Of a DNA stretch of 56,051 nt, positions 17,898 to 28,024 are shown one piece after another; the first letter of the stretch is position 1, and every line of letters starts with the position of its first letter. Made by a program: the position numbers and the translations under genes. Source of the DNA: a virus (lineage: Duplodnaviria; Caudoviricetes); IMG/VR virus record IMGVR_UViG_3300009163_000041, positions 1-56,051 of that record, one strand, 5' to 3'. A model generated the notes under the pieces. It saw only the letters and a program-made list of their open reading frames with translations. It had not been told where the DNA came from and did no database searches.

Positions 17898-18382
17898 CGA
17901 AGCCCTCTCCCGCCAACCGTTCTCCCAATGCCCTTTAATCGATCTACAATGGGGCTAAAAATGCTCTTAGTCTTGCCAGAGGACGCTTGTGCCAGCTCTC
18001 GCCAGCTTGCAAAGTTTGCATCTTCAAGATGAGGCAATTCCCAAGATATGGCTCTAAGCCCAAACTCCCTGCCAATTCGCTGTGCTTTTAGATAGCTTGC
18101 GGTATCATCCCAAGATGTTTCCTTTCCCTTTACAGGAACATAGTCTATCGCCCTTCCGTAGTTGTGAAAGCTCTGACCTCCTTTGGCATTTGTTATAATT
18201 TTGCCACCCATCGTTCTTCCGTGCCTATATAGTTTGTCTTGATCTTCATTGGATCGAAACCCGCAATACACCAGAATCTTTAATCCTTCTGCACCACACT
18301 CCTCATACCAGCGAATCACTCTTTCCTTGAAGTCTGGTTGTAGTCCGTCAAATACTTTATAGCTTCTTTCCTCGTAGTTCAT
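17894..18382 (-). CDS. Endolysin, M15 family peptidase
   Basis: FRS.EDQ.KLY..GR...ITNAKGGQSFHNYGRAID...WELPHLE. Confidence 0.9.
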   Translation of the reverse strand: MNYEERSYKVFDGLQPDFKERVIRWYEECGAEGLKILVYCGFRSNEDQDKLYRHGRTMGGKIITNAKGGQSFHNYGRAIDYVPVKGKETSWDDTASYLKAQRIGREFGLRAISWELPHLEDANFASWRELAQASSGKTKSIFSPIVDRLKGIGRTVGGRGLR

Positions 18383-18612
18383 TTATTACGCTCTACTTCG
18401 AGTTGATATTGAAGTTCGTTAATTGTTTGAAGAGCATCCCTCGCCCAGCCTTTCACATCATCGTTGGACTTCATCACTTCTTTAAAGCGATAGTCCGTAG
18501 TGAGAAAGGTTACTGTGTCTGTGGGAAGAAATTGCGAGTCTGTGTTAGCGCAACCACCAAGGAATGCCGTTACTACCAGAGAACAGGCGATCAATTCGAT
18601 CTTTGTTCTCAT
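18379..18612 (-). CDS. o-spanin-like lipoprotein (Rz1-like)
   Basis: MRTKIELIACSLVVTAFLGGC lipobox; overlaps upstream small ORF. Confidence 0.65.
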   Translation of the reverse strand: MRTKIELIACSLVVTAFLGGCANTDSQFLPTDTVTFLTTDYRFKEVMKSNDDVKGWARDALQTINELQYQLEVERNK

Positions 18613-18706
18613 TCCGCTTTTTTCTGATCTCGGATTCTTTTTGTTCCTTTGTAGTCGGCCAAAGCCGAAGAAGCAGGTCAATTATGGCTCCGATTAAGCG
18701 AATCAC
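18545..18706 (-). CDS. i-spanin-like protein (Rz-like, 53 aa)
   Basis: Read by hand from GTG: MIRLIGAIIDLLLRLWPTTKEQKESEIRKKRNENKDRIDRLFSGSNGIPWWLR. Confidence 0.55.
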   Translation of the reverse strand: MIRLIGAIIDLLLRLWPTTKEQKESEIRKKRNENKDRIDRLFSGSNGIPWWLR

Positions 18707-18882
18707 TTTTGATCTATATGAAGTCCGATAGCCTTTAGAAAGAAAACCACTTTTTCTAAAATGCTATCATCAGCGGGAGTGGGGGTCAGCTTCACAATAA
18801 TCCGAGCAAGGATAACCACCGCCCCAGCCACAGCCACAATTGAACCAAAGTTTTCAGTCGCCCAAGAGATAATGTTATTCAT
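18703..18882 (-). CDS. Holin-like membrane protein
   Basis: TM segment plus IVKLTPTPADD; start MNNIISW at 18882. Confidence 0.7.
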   Translation of the reverse strand: MNNIISWATENFGSIVAVAGAVVILARIIVKLTPTPADDSILEKVVFFLKAIGLHIDQK

Positions 18883-18896
18883 ATATACTTCTGGGG

Positions 18897-18902
18897 TGTC
18901 AA
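18897..18902 (-). promoter_or_regulatory. Late TTGACA motif heading lysis genes
   Basis: TTGACA 14 nt before ATG 18882. Confidence 0.6.
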
Positions 18903-18913
18903 TATGATATGTC

Positions 18914-19948
18914 CTATGCGTTGAAGTTAATATACTTGCGTGGCCTCCAGCGAATATGTCCCACGAATTCTCCATCTAACTCGTGATATGCCTCATGAAT
19001 CTCTATTTCATCCGTTCTCTTGCCATCCTCTCCGACTTTTCTTTTTACATGGCTACAAAGAATATGCGGAATCACGCACATTTTTATATCGGCTGGATGC
19101 CATCTGCTCCAGCATAAAAACAAGTCTTGAGTTCCTTTTAGTTCATACCCCTCAAAGGTAGCTAGAGAGAGAGCTTTCTTGTTCATCATGGTACAACCAA
19201 GGCCAACCCAATCCGTAGGGAGTATTGCCCCTCGCCCGATGGCTGGATAAGCAGAATCTAGCCACCCCCTTTGCCTCCATCCCTTTGACTGAAGCTCAAA
19301 TATGTTCCCCTTGGGGGGACAAGATTTTATCTTTTTATTTAGTTCTTCCCACTCATTTAGTTCTGAATCTTTTGGCTTTTCCTTCTTTTCAAAAAGCTCC
19401 TTACTTCGTTCTTCTCGCTTTTTTATTTGTTTTTTTAGTTCTGCTGGAATAGTTCGTTCTTCTTGCTTAAAGTCTTCTGCAATGTGATGCTGTGGACTTC
19501 CCCTTCCACCTAAGAACTGACCATTTGGATAAGTAACCATTGCAATCCCATAGTATCCATCATCAAACTCAAGTGCCTGCAAAAGAACCTTGAGTGCATT
19601 AGGGGGAACAAGAACATCGCTTTCTATTGACCAGAATATGTCCGAGTCTAGTTCTCTGGCTAAAGAAAAAGCCTTCTGCTGAATTCTTGCTATGATTAGC
19701 TGGGCATCGTCTTTATAGGCTTTTTGAGAGTCTTCGACACCGATTGACTTTATAATATGAGTTGTCCATCCAGCTTGATCTGCCCTTGCCCTAATAGCTC
19801 TGCACTTTTCCTCGCATTCGTCTGAGGTGTCCGTGCTTACTATAATATTACCAGAAAATCCTTTTACAGATGCAATAAAATGCTCAAGCCAAGAATCAAC
19901 AGAGTAACACCATCCTTTTGTAAAATATACCCCGACACATATCTTCAT
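18914..19948 (-). CDS. GT-A fold (GT2-like) glycosyltransferase
   Basis: FWSIESDVLVPP, WVGLGCTMM, QDLFLC, CSH. Confidence 0.75.
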   Translation of the reverse strand: MKICVGVYFTKGWCYSVDSWLEHFIASVKGFSGNIIVSTDTSDECEEKCRAIRARADQAGWTTHIIKSIGVEDSQKAYKDDAQLIIARIQQKAFSLARELDSDIFWSIESDVLVPPNALKVLLQALEFDDGYYGIAMVTYPNGQFLGGRGSPQHHIAEDFKQEERTIPAELKKQIKKREERSKELFEKKEKPKDSELNEWEELNKKIKSCPPKGNIFELQSKGWRQRGWLDSAYPAIGRGAILPTDWVGLGCTMMNKKALSLATFEGYELKGTQDLFLCWSRWHPADIKMCVIPHILCSHVKRKVGEDGKRTDEIEIHEAYHELDGEFVGHIRWRPRKYINFNA

Positions 19949-22401
19949 ACATCTATATATGTACTTCCAATATAGCTTGTAAAGTTAAAAATAGTATTGC
20001 TATATGATGCTCCAGTATCCCAAAATCTTATTGTTCTTGAATCATATCCAGAAGCTCCAATCCAATCTTGGGCATAACCTCCTAAGAATTGAATTCCTAT
20101 TGAATCTTCAGGAATTTCCCCTTTTCTGCGAAATACATTCATTGGTCTTAAAACCATAAAATTACTCGCACTAAATGTAGCGTCGGCATATGTAGTTGTA
20201 TAGCTACTAGTAGAAAAAGAATCAATCTCCGTTATTATTTCTGTGACATAATATGCACAAGGTAATAGTGATATAAAAAGATCATCACTTTCACCTGTAA
20301 ATACTCCCGAATTGCCTATGGTTACCCAATCTGGAAGACTTCTTACTGATTTATTTGGAGAAACAAATATGCCTTTAATAATTTGAAAAGCAGAATATGC
20401 TGAATTTACATCATTGTATCCCACAGAATCTGCATCTGAAAATGTAATTCCCCTATAAATAGTTGTTGACGCACCATTTGGCATAACTCTTGTTATGCTG
20501 GCATTTGTATAAGCAACTGCCCATGTTGTGTAAGCTGTAAATGATGTATCAGTTATGCTCGATGATTCTGGAAGTATAAAAGTTGCAACAAATGGATCAC
20601 TTATATTTGCTACGCCAGCAAGGATTTTTCTCGTAAATGTTGTTTCTGTTGTTTCTTCTGTATTGGAAATTTCCGATATTATAGTAGTAAATGTATCTCC
20701 AATACCAAAAGCTGGAAACTCATAATCTTTATATGCCTTACTATTTAAAATTGAAAATATTCCATTATTTTTGCTTAAATTTGAAGCATTATATGTAATT
20801 CTATTTTTAAAATAATATATTTTTGGCTGTTCACTAAATGACATTTGACCACCGCTTACTGCCACATTAGAATATATATTTCCATAGCCCGCCCAATTTT
20901 CATCATTGATAATAGTTGGACTGTAGACAGTCTGGGAAGCAGGGAATAGTGAATCAATAATGGTCTTTGTAAACGCAAGCTCTGCGGAACCTTTCCAACT
21001 TTCAAAACGAAAAATACAAGATTCTCCTTCAATAGTAGTAATACCTTCAGATTGACCATTATTTACTGTATAATAATTTGTACTTCTAAAAGTGCTGAGA
21101 GGTGCTAAAAAGGTCTTCTCTATTGTAGCATATGTTAAAGTTGTTTTACTTATTGTCGTAAATAACATACTTGAATCAACAAACTCTCCCTGTTCTTGCA
21201 AGACTCCGTTCATTTGTGTTTGCACAGTCGCAGTGGTTATAACAGTTCTTGTTGTTATATAGTTAGTACCTACCATGCTAGATGGGTAACTATACATTTC
21301 AAAAGTGCTTTGCTGTGTAGCTCTGCTTGTGTAGTTTGTGCTTTCGGATGCAAAATCTCCATTGTTTCCGTCATATAAGTAATCCAGTATTCTTTCTGAT
21401 GCATCTGATGAATATGAGATTGTTGTATATTCATTTGTTAGTGTAGTCGTAGGAAAGGAACTTGTGCTAGAGAATATGTTTTCTGTCGCAGAAGTAGGCA
21501 TATTGTCTGTGAACTCTTGATTGTTATTTGTTATGACTGTATTAGAGAATGTTGAGATATCTGTTCCGCTAAAAAAATCAGTGTTTGGAGAGCTTAAAAA
21601 ACAAGCATACGGACTAATTTGCTCCCCATCTGCGTTTGTGTCCGTAATTAACGTATAATCACTATTGTTGCTATTGATACCTGTTCCAATATGATGATTT
21701 ATGTCGGTTGTTACAGATTTTGTTGTCTGAAATTCAATGGCAGTATTTGCTGTTTGTCCTATTATAGTTGATATATTGTAAACGGTTTCCAAGAAAGTAT
21801 AGTTGGTGTTAGCTTGTTGTGTTACTACTATTACTATAGTAGTAGATTCTGTAGTAAAGGATGGGGCGGTATATGTTGTGCCTTGAAGTGTATCAAAAAA
21901 AGATGGTACTGCATTGTATGCGCCCCCAGTCGTGTCGGTTCCATCCCAAGATGTGCTAAATCCTGCACCAATTCGACTTATATAGCCACCAAAATGAGCG
22001 ACAGTAAAAGCTCCCTCCACACTAGCCCCGAAGCTGAAGCTATCGGTAAATTCATATCCACCGACAGCATACAATCCAGTATAGTATGAATATGGCGCAG
22101 CAGAACTAGTAGTCATCTCAAAGCTAAAGGCATCAACACCTATAGTTCCAAAAGCTGAGTCAATTGGATCATTTAGTAAATTAATTAATTCCTCAGCCAC
22201 ACTATAAGTTATGTATCCATTGAAGTCTGTGCTGAAACTACTAACCGCAATTGCATAAAGTGTTTCGAATGTATTATTACTAGTTATTGTGTTATTTTCT
22301 TCTGCACGAGTATATTTATTACTTACACTAGAACTAAATGCACTTACTGACTGTGCATAAATAGAAAACGGACTAAAGTATGTGGTAAGATGTGTATACA
22401 T
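19945..22401 (-). CDS. Very Ser/Thr-rich, Lys-poor tail/receptor-binding candidate
   Basis: 818 aa from MYTHL; visibly AT-rich DNA; end of tail operon. Confidence 0.6.
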   Translation of the reverse strand: MYTHLTTYFSPFSIYAQSVSAFSSSVSNKYTRAEENNTITSNNTFETLYAIAVSSFSTDFNGYITYSVAEELINLLNDPIDSAFGTIGVDAFSFEMTTSSAAPYSYYTGLYAVGGYEFTDSFSFGASVEGAFTVAHFGGYISRIGAGFSTSWDGTDTTGGAYNAVPSFFDTLQGTTYTAPSFTTESTTIVIVVTQQANTNYTFLETVYNISTIIGQTANTAIEFQTTKSVTTDINHHIGTGINSNNSDYTLITDTNADGEQISPYACFLSSPNTDFFSGTDISTFSNTVITNNNQEFTDNMPTSATENIFSSTSSFPTTTLTNEYTTISYSSDASERILDYLYDGNNGDFASESTNYTSRATQQSTFEMYSYPSSMVGTNYITTRTVITTATVQTQMNGVLQEQGEFVDSSMLFTTISKTTLTYATIEKTFLAPLSTFRSTNYYTVNNGQSEGITTIEGESCIFRFESWKGSAELAFTKTIIDSLFPASQTVYSPTIINDENWAGYGNIYSNVAVSGGQMSFSEQPKIYYFKNRITYNASNLSKNNGIFSILNSKAYKDYEFPAFGIGDTFTTIISEISNTEETTETTFTRKILAGVANISDPFVATFILPESSSITDTSFTAYTTWAVAYTNASITRVMPNGASTTIYRGITFSDADSVGYNDVNSAYSAFQIIKGIFVSPNKSVRSLPDWVTIGNSGVFTGESDDLFISLLPCAYYVTEIITEIDSFSTSSYTTTYADATFSASNFMVLRPMNVFRRKGEIPEDSIGIQFLGGYAQDWIGASGYDSRTIRFWDTGASYSNTIFNFTSYIGSTYIDV

Positions 22402-22988
22402 TATGATGCAAATACCCAAGAGTACCAAGAACGATACGGAAGCTGACCAAACTGAACTCCCGCTATTGTTTCTTTTATCATTTCTTGAGGAATCGCCATA
22501 ATGGGAGATGTGCCTATTGTTCTATAGGGTGTTAATTCATTATCTATATAGTAAAGACTAACTTTGAATGAAATTGGAGCAACTTCTGGCGTGGTCTCAA
22601 CTGGCTCTGGTGGAGATGCTTCTATTTTAACTTCTGCTTCTTGGATTTGTTTTCCATCGGTTGTGCATTCTAAATTAACATAGCCCATCTGTAGTGAAAA
22701 TGTCGTTGCTGTATTGTTTTGAATAATTCCATTGATAGTGCCAGCTCTAATTCCAAACCAAGGGGCACTTACTGTTCCACCAAGATATATTTGATATGGG
22801 TAAGTTATATTTATTGAAGAAGTTGCTTTTTGAGGTGAGTTGATAGAAATAGTAGTTCCCCCAGAACCTCTTTTGAATGTTCCACCTACTACAGAATTTA
22901 TCTGCGACTCACGAATGGAATCAACGATCCCATTGATCATATCTGCCGTGATTTTTTCTCCAACTTGATATTTTCTTAATGCTGGCAT
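22401..22988 (-). CDS. Tail protein
   Basis: G.KITAD.IN.IVD.IR N-terminus; start MPALRK. Confidence 0.65.
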   Translation of the reverse strand: MPALRKYQVGEKITADMINGIVDSIRESQINSVVGGTFKRGSGGTTISINSPQKATSSINITYPYQIYLGGTVSAPWFGIRAGTINGIIQNNTATTFSLQMGYVNLECTTDGKQIQEAEVKIEASPPEPVETTPEVAPISFKVSLYYIDNELTPYRTIGTSPIMAIPQEMIKETIAGVQFGQLPYRSWYSWVFAS

Positions 22989-22989
22989 A

Positions 22990-23742
22990 TTATGATGCTG
23001 GAGGAGCTGAAACAGGGGTTCCGTATATGTATTCGTTCCATCCATTCCTATCTGAAGCTCTAAACTCTTGAGTTACATTGTATGTAGTTCCCTGCTTTCT
23101 GTATGTTATACTTGTACATAGCCAGTTTTTGCCAGTTTGAATAGTCGGAAAACCAGATGTTCCAGACATTATCTTTCCAACTTTAGAGAGGTCTGGCCTT
23201 GTCGTAGTTGAATAAGATCTGCAATATGAAATGTTTGGGTTAAGATAAGACTGGACACCAAATAGATTTCTTTTTGCATTTCTTGTAAATCCAAGAAACT
23301 CTCCATCTTCGGAAAATAATGCACCTCCAGATGTTGATGTTTCGCCCTGCGTAACAACACCTCCAGAAAACTCCACGATGCTATCTGAATTATCGTGGCT
23401 TACAATAAAGTTATAGTTTGAAGCTATTGGCTCTTCTCCTGTGGAGCCAATAAGACTTGACTCAACTACTGCTGAAGCCGATGGTGCGACAGCACTAGAA
23501 GCTCTTCCTTCATATTGTATTGAATATTCTGTAAAGTTTCCAGATTGTGCAGATATTGAAAAGCCGACAACAGATAGAGATTGACCATCTACGGACTTTG
23601 TTGTGCCAATAGGGGGTGGAGCATATGAAGATCCAACCTTTGCAATTATCTTTTCAACATACTTTGCAATTCCATCATTTGAGACAGAATAAGATGTTTC
23701 GCTTAGTAGTCCGTCAACATATCCGATGTATGTAGCACTCAT
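22990..23742 (-). CDS. Tail tip protein, paralog B
   Basis: EEPIAS, GGALF..DG.F..F, GVQSYLNP, GKNWL, GWN..IY shared with 23742-24482. Confidence 0.7.
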   Translation of the reverse strand: MSATYIGYVDGLLSETSYSVSNDGIAKYVEKIIAKVGSSYAPPPIGTTKSVDGQSLSVVGFSISAQSGNFTEYSIQYEGRASSAVAPSASAVVESSLIGSTGEEPIASNYNFIVSHDNSDSIVEFSGGVVTQGETSTSGGALFSEDGEFLGFTRNAKRNLFGVQSYLNPNISYCRSYSTTTRPDLSKVGKIMSGTSGFPTIQTGKNWLCTSITYRKQGTTYNVTQEFRASDRNGWNEYIYGTPVSAPPAS

Positions 23743-24482
23743 TATGCAGTATAGTAAATGGTATTATTCCAACCACTAAAACCACTTGATAGATATTCTT
23801 CCGTAATTTCGTATGAGTTACCGCCCCCCCTCCAAGTTAGGCCAGTAAGCATCCAATTTCTTCCGCTTGCAATTGTAGGCTGATCTCCAGATGGATTTGA
23901 ATATATATAGGCAAGTTTCGCAGTAAAGGAAGAAGATGGTGGAGAATTTTGCGTATATGTTCTCCTGTATGTCACTCTTGGAGAAAGAAAGCTTTGAACT
24001 CCCGTAAAGTTATTTGTGGCTGTTTTGCTAAATGCAACAAATAATCCGTCAGCATTAAAGATTGCACCTCCAGTTCCTCCGCTTCCCTCAGTAGTTGCAC
24101 CACCAGAGGCTTGTACGATAGAAGTTGTAAATGCACCTGTAGATGCCGTAAATGCTGGATGTGAAGCGATTGGCTCTTCTTGAGCAGTTGCAACAACCTC
24201 ATAGATTGAGAGATCTGTTGCCCCAGAGGTTGATCCTGCACTGCTATCTCCACCTTGATATGTTTTTGATACTTCCGCTATTCCGTCTTTAATTCTTATT
24301 TCAATAGTCGAAAGGCATACCGTGGTTCCGTTTGTAGTAGTTGATGATCCAATTACTCCTGTTACTTGATTTCCATTTTGATAAGCCACAACGGATGTGT
24401 ATGAGACTTTTCCAGACTTATCATACGAAATCTGCTCGCTTAAAGTGACGGGAAATACGCCTCTAAATACAGGAACTGGCAT
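23742..24482 (-). CDS. Tail tip protein, paralog A
   Basis: Directly after TMP; EEPIASHPAF, GVQSFLSP, GRNWML, GWNNTIY. Confidence 0.7.
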   Translation of the reverse strand: MPVPVFRGVFPVTLSEQISYDKSGKVSYTSVVAYQNGNQVTGVIGSSTTTNGTTVCLSTIEIRIKDGIAEVSKTYQGGDSSAGSTSGATDLSIYEVVATAQEEPIASHPAFTASTGAFTTSIVQASGGATTEGSGGTGGAIFNADGLFVAFSKTATNNFTGVQSFLSPRVTYRRTYTQNSPPSSSFTAKLAYIYSNPSGDQPTIASGRNWMLTGLTWRGGGNSYEITEEYLSSGFSGWNNTIYYTA

Positions 24483-24484
24483 AA

Positions 24485-26632
24485 TTATCTCGCAAGGGTT
24501 GCAGTTTGTGAGGTATTGTCTTTTCTGTCTAGCTTTTTATCTAGATTTTTCAAGATTTCAGTTTGCATTTTTGATTGGTCTAGTTGTTTTTGGTTAATAT
24601 TCAAAAGTGGATTACCGCCAAAAGCACCACCACCTCCACCTATTCTTTGTAGGCTGGAAACTCCCTCGGATGCGTTGCCACCACTCATAGACTTTACCTT
24701 TGCTCCTAAAACTTCTGCTCCAACAACATCTCCCGCTCCCTCTGCACTTGCCTTGCCAGCAACGGCAATAGCAGAAAGCATCCCTTTATATTTTGCAAGC
24801 TGATCAGTAACCTCCTTCGATTGTTCTCCAAATTTAATATTAGCCCCAATAAGTGCATCTACTCCAGTTTTAACTCCGTTAAATGCCTCTTTAGCACCAA
24901 GGGCAATTTGATTAATTCCTTCATTTGCACTTCTTGAGTTTATCTGAAACTCTCCAAGACCAAACTGAACTCCATTCTCTAGCTTTTCCTTGAGTAGATT
25001 CCCAAATTCTTTTTGATCTGGAAGTGATTTATCAGATGCTAAAACACTTGCTGATGCAATTGCACCTCCGATTGCTCCACCCCTTGCAAATCCCTTTCCG
25101 ATAGTTGCAAAGTTTTTAAATAAAGAGTCAAATGCCTTGGTTGCATATAGTACGGCAAACTCAATACCTGTCTGAAAATATGCAATAGGGGTCTCAAATG
25201 CCCTCAAAAGCATAGCTCCAACGACCTTTGCGAAGCCAGTAAACACATCAATGAGGCCACTTGAAAGACCTTCTAGTGCGTCCGTGGAAAGAAGTTTATT
25301 TAGATAAGCAGATACAAATTTAGCTGTTCGCTCAAATAAGTCTTTAAATACAATTACAGATGTCTCAAATGTTGCTTTTAAAAGATCAAGAAGCATACCA
25401 CTTTTAAAGGCACCAGTAAGAACTTCTATTCCGAATCTAATCTGTTGCCCTAGTTTTGCTCCAAATCCAGCCAGTATATCTCCACCCTCAAAAAGCTTAA
25501 AAAGCTCAAGGATTGAAGGAGCTACTGCTCCAGCCATTTCAACAAAGAAACCACGAAAGAATGAACCAGAGTCACGAAGTTTTGCTGAAATCTTTGAGAA
25601 ATTATCTGCATTTCTTGCAAGAGATTGACCAAGCTGAGATTGTTTTGTGCCTAGCTCTGCAAATCCAGCCTCTTTGAATATTCCTTTTAGGGATGCCCCT
25701 GCTCTTCCAAAAATCGCAAATGAAGCAGCGGTTTGTTCTGCCGATGTGGAGAGACTTGATATTGCTTTCCCAATGACCATAAACTGTTGTTCTGGGGTCA
25801 TCTTCATCAAATCGTCCACATTCAGTTTTAGACGAGCTAACATATCATTTGTTGGCTCTCCGTCTGCGTTTACTCCAGTTAAAGCTCTCTGCATATTCTG
25901 TAATGCAACAGCACCAGACATTGAACTAACTCCAGAGTTTTTTAATAACTTCTGCAAATCAACAAGGAAGGGAATGCTTGCACCAGTTCTACCAGCAAGA
26001 TTCTTCATCTCGTCGCCCATCTCGATCGCACTCAATATTCCAATCTTAAAGAATCTATCTAAAGCACCAAAAGCAAGGCCAAGACCTCCAACCGCCACCC
26101 CAACTGGTTTTAATATGTTTAAAAAGCCACGAAAAGCACTTGAAACAGCACCGCCAACGGATGCAGTTGCACTTTTAGCCATATTTGTAAGACCACTTGC
26201 TACCGATGAAATTCCAGATAAGGCACTTTTTGTTGCTCCAGATATGGCTTGTAGTGCTTTTGCAGTTCCAAAAATAGAAACTCCAGCAACAATAGCAGAA
26301 GCTCCAATAACCTTAAATGTTGTAGGAATCTTTGAAAGCACATCCCCAACTTGAGATGCAAATGTTTTCAAATTGTTAAATCCATCTGAAACTCTTTTTA
26401 ATGCTGTTGGGAGTGCATTAAAAATAGACTGCAAATCTTTTGCCCCTTTTGCGATTATACTGATCCTCTCAGACACCCCAGTAACAAAATCAAAAACTTT
26501 CCATGTAGTTTTTGCTATATTCCCAACGGCACTTAATGAGCTTCCAAAAGACGCAAGCTTTGCCTTTGCGTTATCAATTCCAGAAGTAAATTTAGATACA
26601 TCAACCGAGATTGATCCTTGTGCTGTTTTCAT
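24485..26632 (-). CDS. Tape measure protein
   Basis: Long Ala/Gly-rich helical ORF; LA.RTG, IFGRAG, SSLQRIGGG; downstream of frameshifted chaperone. Confidence 0.85.
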   Translation of the reverse strand: MKTAQGSISVDVSKFTSGIDNAKAKLASFGSSLSAVGNIAKTTWKVFDFVTGVSERISIIAKGAKDLQSIFNALPTALKRVSDGFNNLKTFASQVGDVLSKIPTTFKVIGASAIVAGVSIFGTAKALQAISGATKSALSGISSVASGLTNMAKSATASVGGAVSSAFRGFLNILKPVGVAVGGLGLAFGALDRFFKIGILSAIEMGDEMKNLAGRTGASIPFLVDLQKLLKNSGVSSMSGAVALQNMQRALTGVNADGEPTNDMLARLKLNVDDLMKMTPEQQFMVIGKAISSLSTSAEQTAASFAIFGRAGASLKGIFKEAGFAELGTKQSQLGQSLARNADNFSKISAKLRDSGSFFRGFFVEMAGAVAPSILELFKLFEGGDILAGFGAKLGQQIRFGIEVLTGAFKSGMLLDLLKATFETSVIVFKDLFERTAKFVSAYLNKLLSTDALEGLSSGLIDVFTGFAKVVGAMLLRAFETPIAYFQTGIEFAVLYATKAFDSLFKNFATIGKGFARGGAIGGAIASASVLASDKSLPDQKEFGNLLKEKLENGVQFGLGEFQINSRSANEGINQIALGAKEAFNGVKTGVDALIGANIKFGEQSKEVTDQLAKYKGMLSAIAVAGKASAEGAGDVVGAEVLGAKVKSMSGGNASEGVSSLQRIGGGGGAFGGNPLLNINQKQLDQSKMQTEILKNLDKKLDRKDNTSQTATLAR

Positions 26633-27000
26633 TAGAATTTAGAAAATGCCACCTCCAAGGCTTTATCAAGCTCCTCTTGCTTTCTTTCTGCCAAGAGCCT
26701 AGCCATAACGCTAGAAGCTTGGTTGCGTTTATTTTTTACAAAATTACGGCCAGCCCAAACTACATCTGGAGTTTTCCATTGATTTGTGATAAACCATTTT
26801 TTCTTATTAAAGCTGAACCATTCCTTGCCGTTTCTGCCCTTGCTCAATACTGCCTCTGTTCCCATGGCCTTTCTCCAAGCCTCCTTGCCCATTTTATTGA
26901 GCCTTTCAGAAGATCCAGACAGACTTTTAGCCACATCGTCCTTGAGTGCGTCAAGTCCATATAGTAGCTCCTTATCGTTCCATGTAACTGATATATTCAT
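26632..27000 (-). CDS. Tail-region hypothetical protein
   Basis: Coupled to neighbours. Confidence 0.6.
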   Translation of the reverse strand: MNISVTWNDKELLYGLDALKDDVAKSLSGSSERLNKMGKEAWRKAMGTEAVLSKGRNGKEWFSFNKKKWFITNQWKTPDVVWAGRNFVKNKRNQASSVMARLLAERKQEELDKALEVAFSKF

Positions 27001-27203
27001 ATCCCTATCTGTCTTTCTATGTCAGCTTTCCTTTTTACTTGATCGCTTCCCCACTCTGTACTTATTCCGTTCATTCTCCATATACAGTGCTGATACTGGA
27101 ATCCCCTAGAAAGCGGAAGTTCGTCCAGTATGAACTCTTCCGACCATCCTGTTTGGGAGGCCAGAGTGATCACATACGAAGCGACCCACTCTGGCTCTGC
27201 TAG
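26997..27203 (-). CDS. Tail assembly chaperone -1 frameshift extension (gpT-like)
   Basis: -1 frame open: LAEPEWVASYVITLASQTGWSEEFILDELPLSRGFQY...IGI. Confidence 0.8.
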   Translation of the reverse strand, partial: LAEPEWVASYVITLASQTGWSEEFILDELPLSRGFQYQHCIWRMNGISTEWGSDQVKRKADIERQIGI

Positions 27204-27610
27204 TTTGGGGAGTCTCCTCCGCTTGAATTGTTACTATCCTTGGGGGATGCAATTGCAAGACCAGAAGAGGTAATAATCTCCTCAATCATTTTGCCAGCCT
27301 CGTTTAAGTCCGAAACATTCAGCTTATCAGCCCACTCAAGAACAGAACCCCAAAACTTCTCTTTACTATATGAATTCACTCGAACTTGCACAATCGGGGC
27401 ACAGTGAATATAGATAAAGGAAAGAATATCAAACTCTGGATTTTCGCTTTCGCCACCTGTAATCAGCTTATTCCCTACTTTTTTGCATATAAGAAGCGAT
27501 CCAGCCGTGAATGGACGCAGTTTCAAGTCTCTGATGCTTGATTCCTTGGGAACAAAGGCATCAGATCGTGTTTGGCTTAATGCTTCCTCGTCATTTAATA
27601 GATCATTCAT
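27200..27610 (-). CDS. Tail assembly chaperone (gpG-like)
   Basis: LRPFTAGS motif; ends in slippery C CCA AAC TAG. Confidence 0.8.
   Translation of the reverse strand: MNDLLNDEEALSQTRSDAFVPKESSIRDLKLRPFTAGSLLICKKVGNKLITGGESENPEFDILSFIYIHCAPIVQVRVNSYSKEKFWGSVLEWADKLNVSDLNEAGKMIEEIITSSGLAIASPKDSNNSSGGDSPN
27203..27209 (-). other. Programmed -1 frameshift heptamer CCCAAAC
   Basis: X XXY YYZ in correct phase immediately before stop. Confidence 0.8.
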
Positions 27611-27984
27611 AGTTTTTTCATTATCCTTTTCTTTTCTTCTGCACTTGCATTTTTAGGGTAAAGTAAAACTTTATCTCCATATCTGACTCGCACCATAGGA
27701 ATAGATTGTTTAATGGTATCTAGTAGCCGATCACGATTATGAGCATATGCCCAAAGATAAGCTAGTGGCTCTTCAGAATTCATCTTTTCAAGGCCACCCT
27801 TCCACTTGTTTGCATCTGTTGTTACTAGACCATTTGAATCATCAAAAAGAAAAGTTACATCCGTTTTTCCATTTTCCTCAACACAGCAAGAGCCTTGATC
27901 TTTAAGCTTGTGTCCAACTGTTAGTAAAGCACAAGCTAACTTAATATTGTTTGTGACGTAAATATAATCGCCAGAATTTAGCAT
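27607..27984 (-). CDS. Hypothetical protein
   Basis: T.NIKLACALLTVGHKL pattern. Confidence 0.65.
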   Translation of the reverse strand: MLNSGDYIYVTNNIKLACALLTVGHKLKDQGSCCVEENGKTDVTFLFDDSNGLVTTDANKWKGGLEKMNSEEPLAYLWAYAHNRDRLLDTIKQSIPMVRVRYGDKVLLYPKNASAEEKKRIMKKL

Positions 27985-28024
27985 AGGAATCTCGGTGGGA
28001 ATCTGTTTAGGGTTTAATTAAGCA

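Noticed and set aside
22990-24482. Diversity-generating retroelement template/variable repeat
   Set aside because: Similarity is protein-level paralogy; no reverse transcriptase and no adenine-specific mismatch pattern seen
25647-26354. 235-aa plus-strand ORF and other long antisense ORFs (e.g. 13954-14487, 28456-29055)
   Set aside because: Shadows of well-supported minus-strand genes with no motifs or initiation signals
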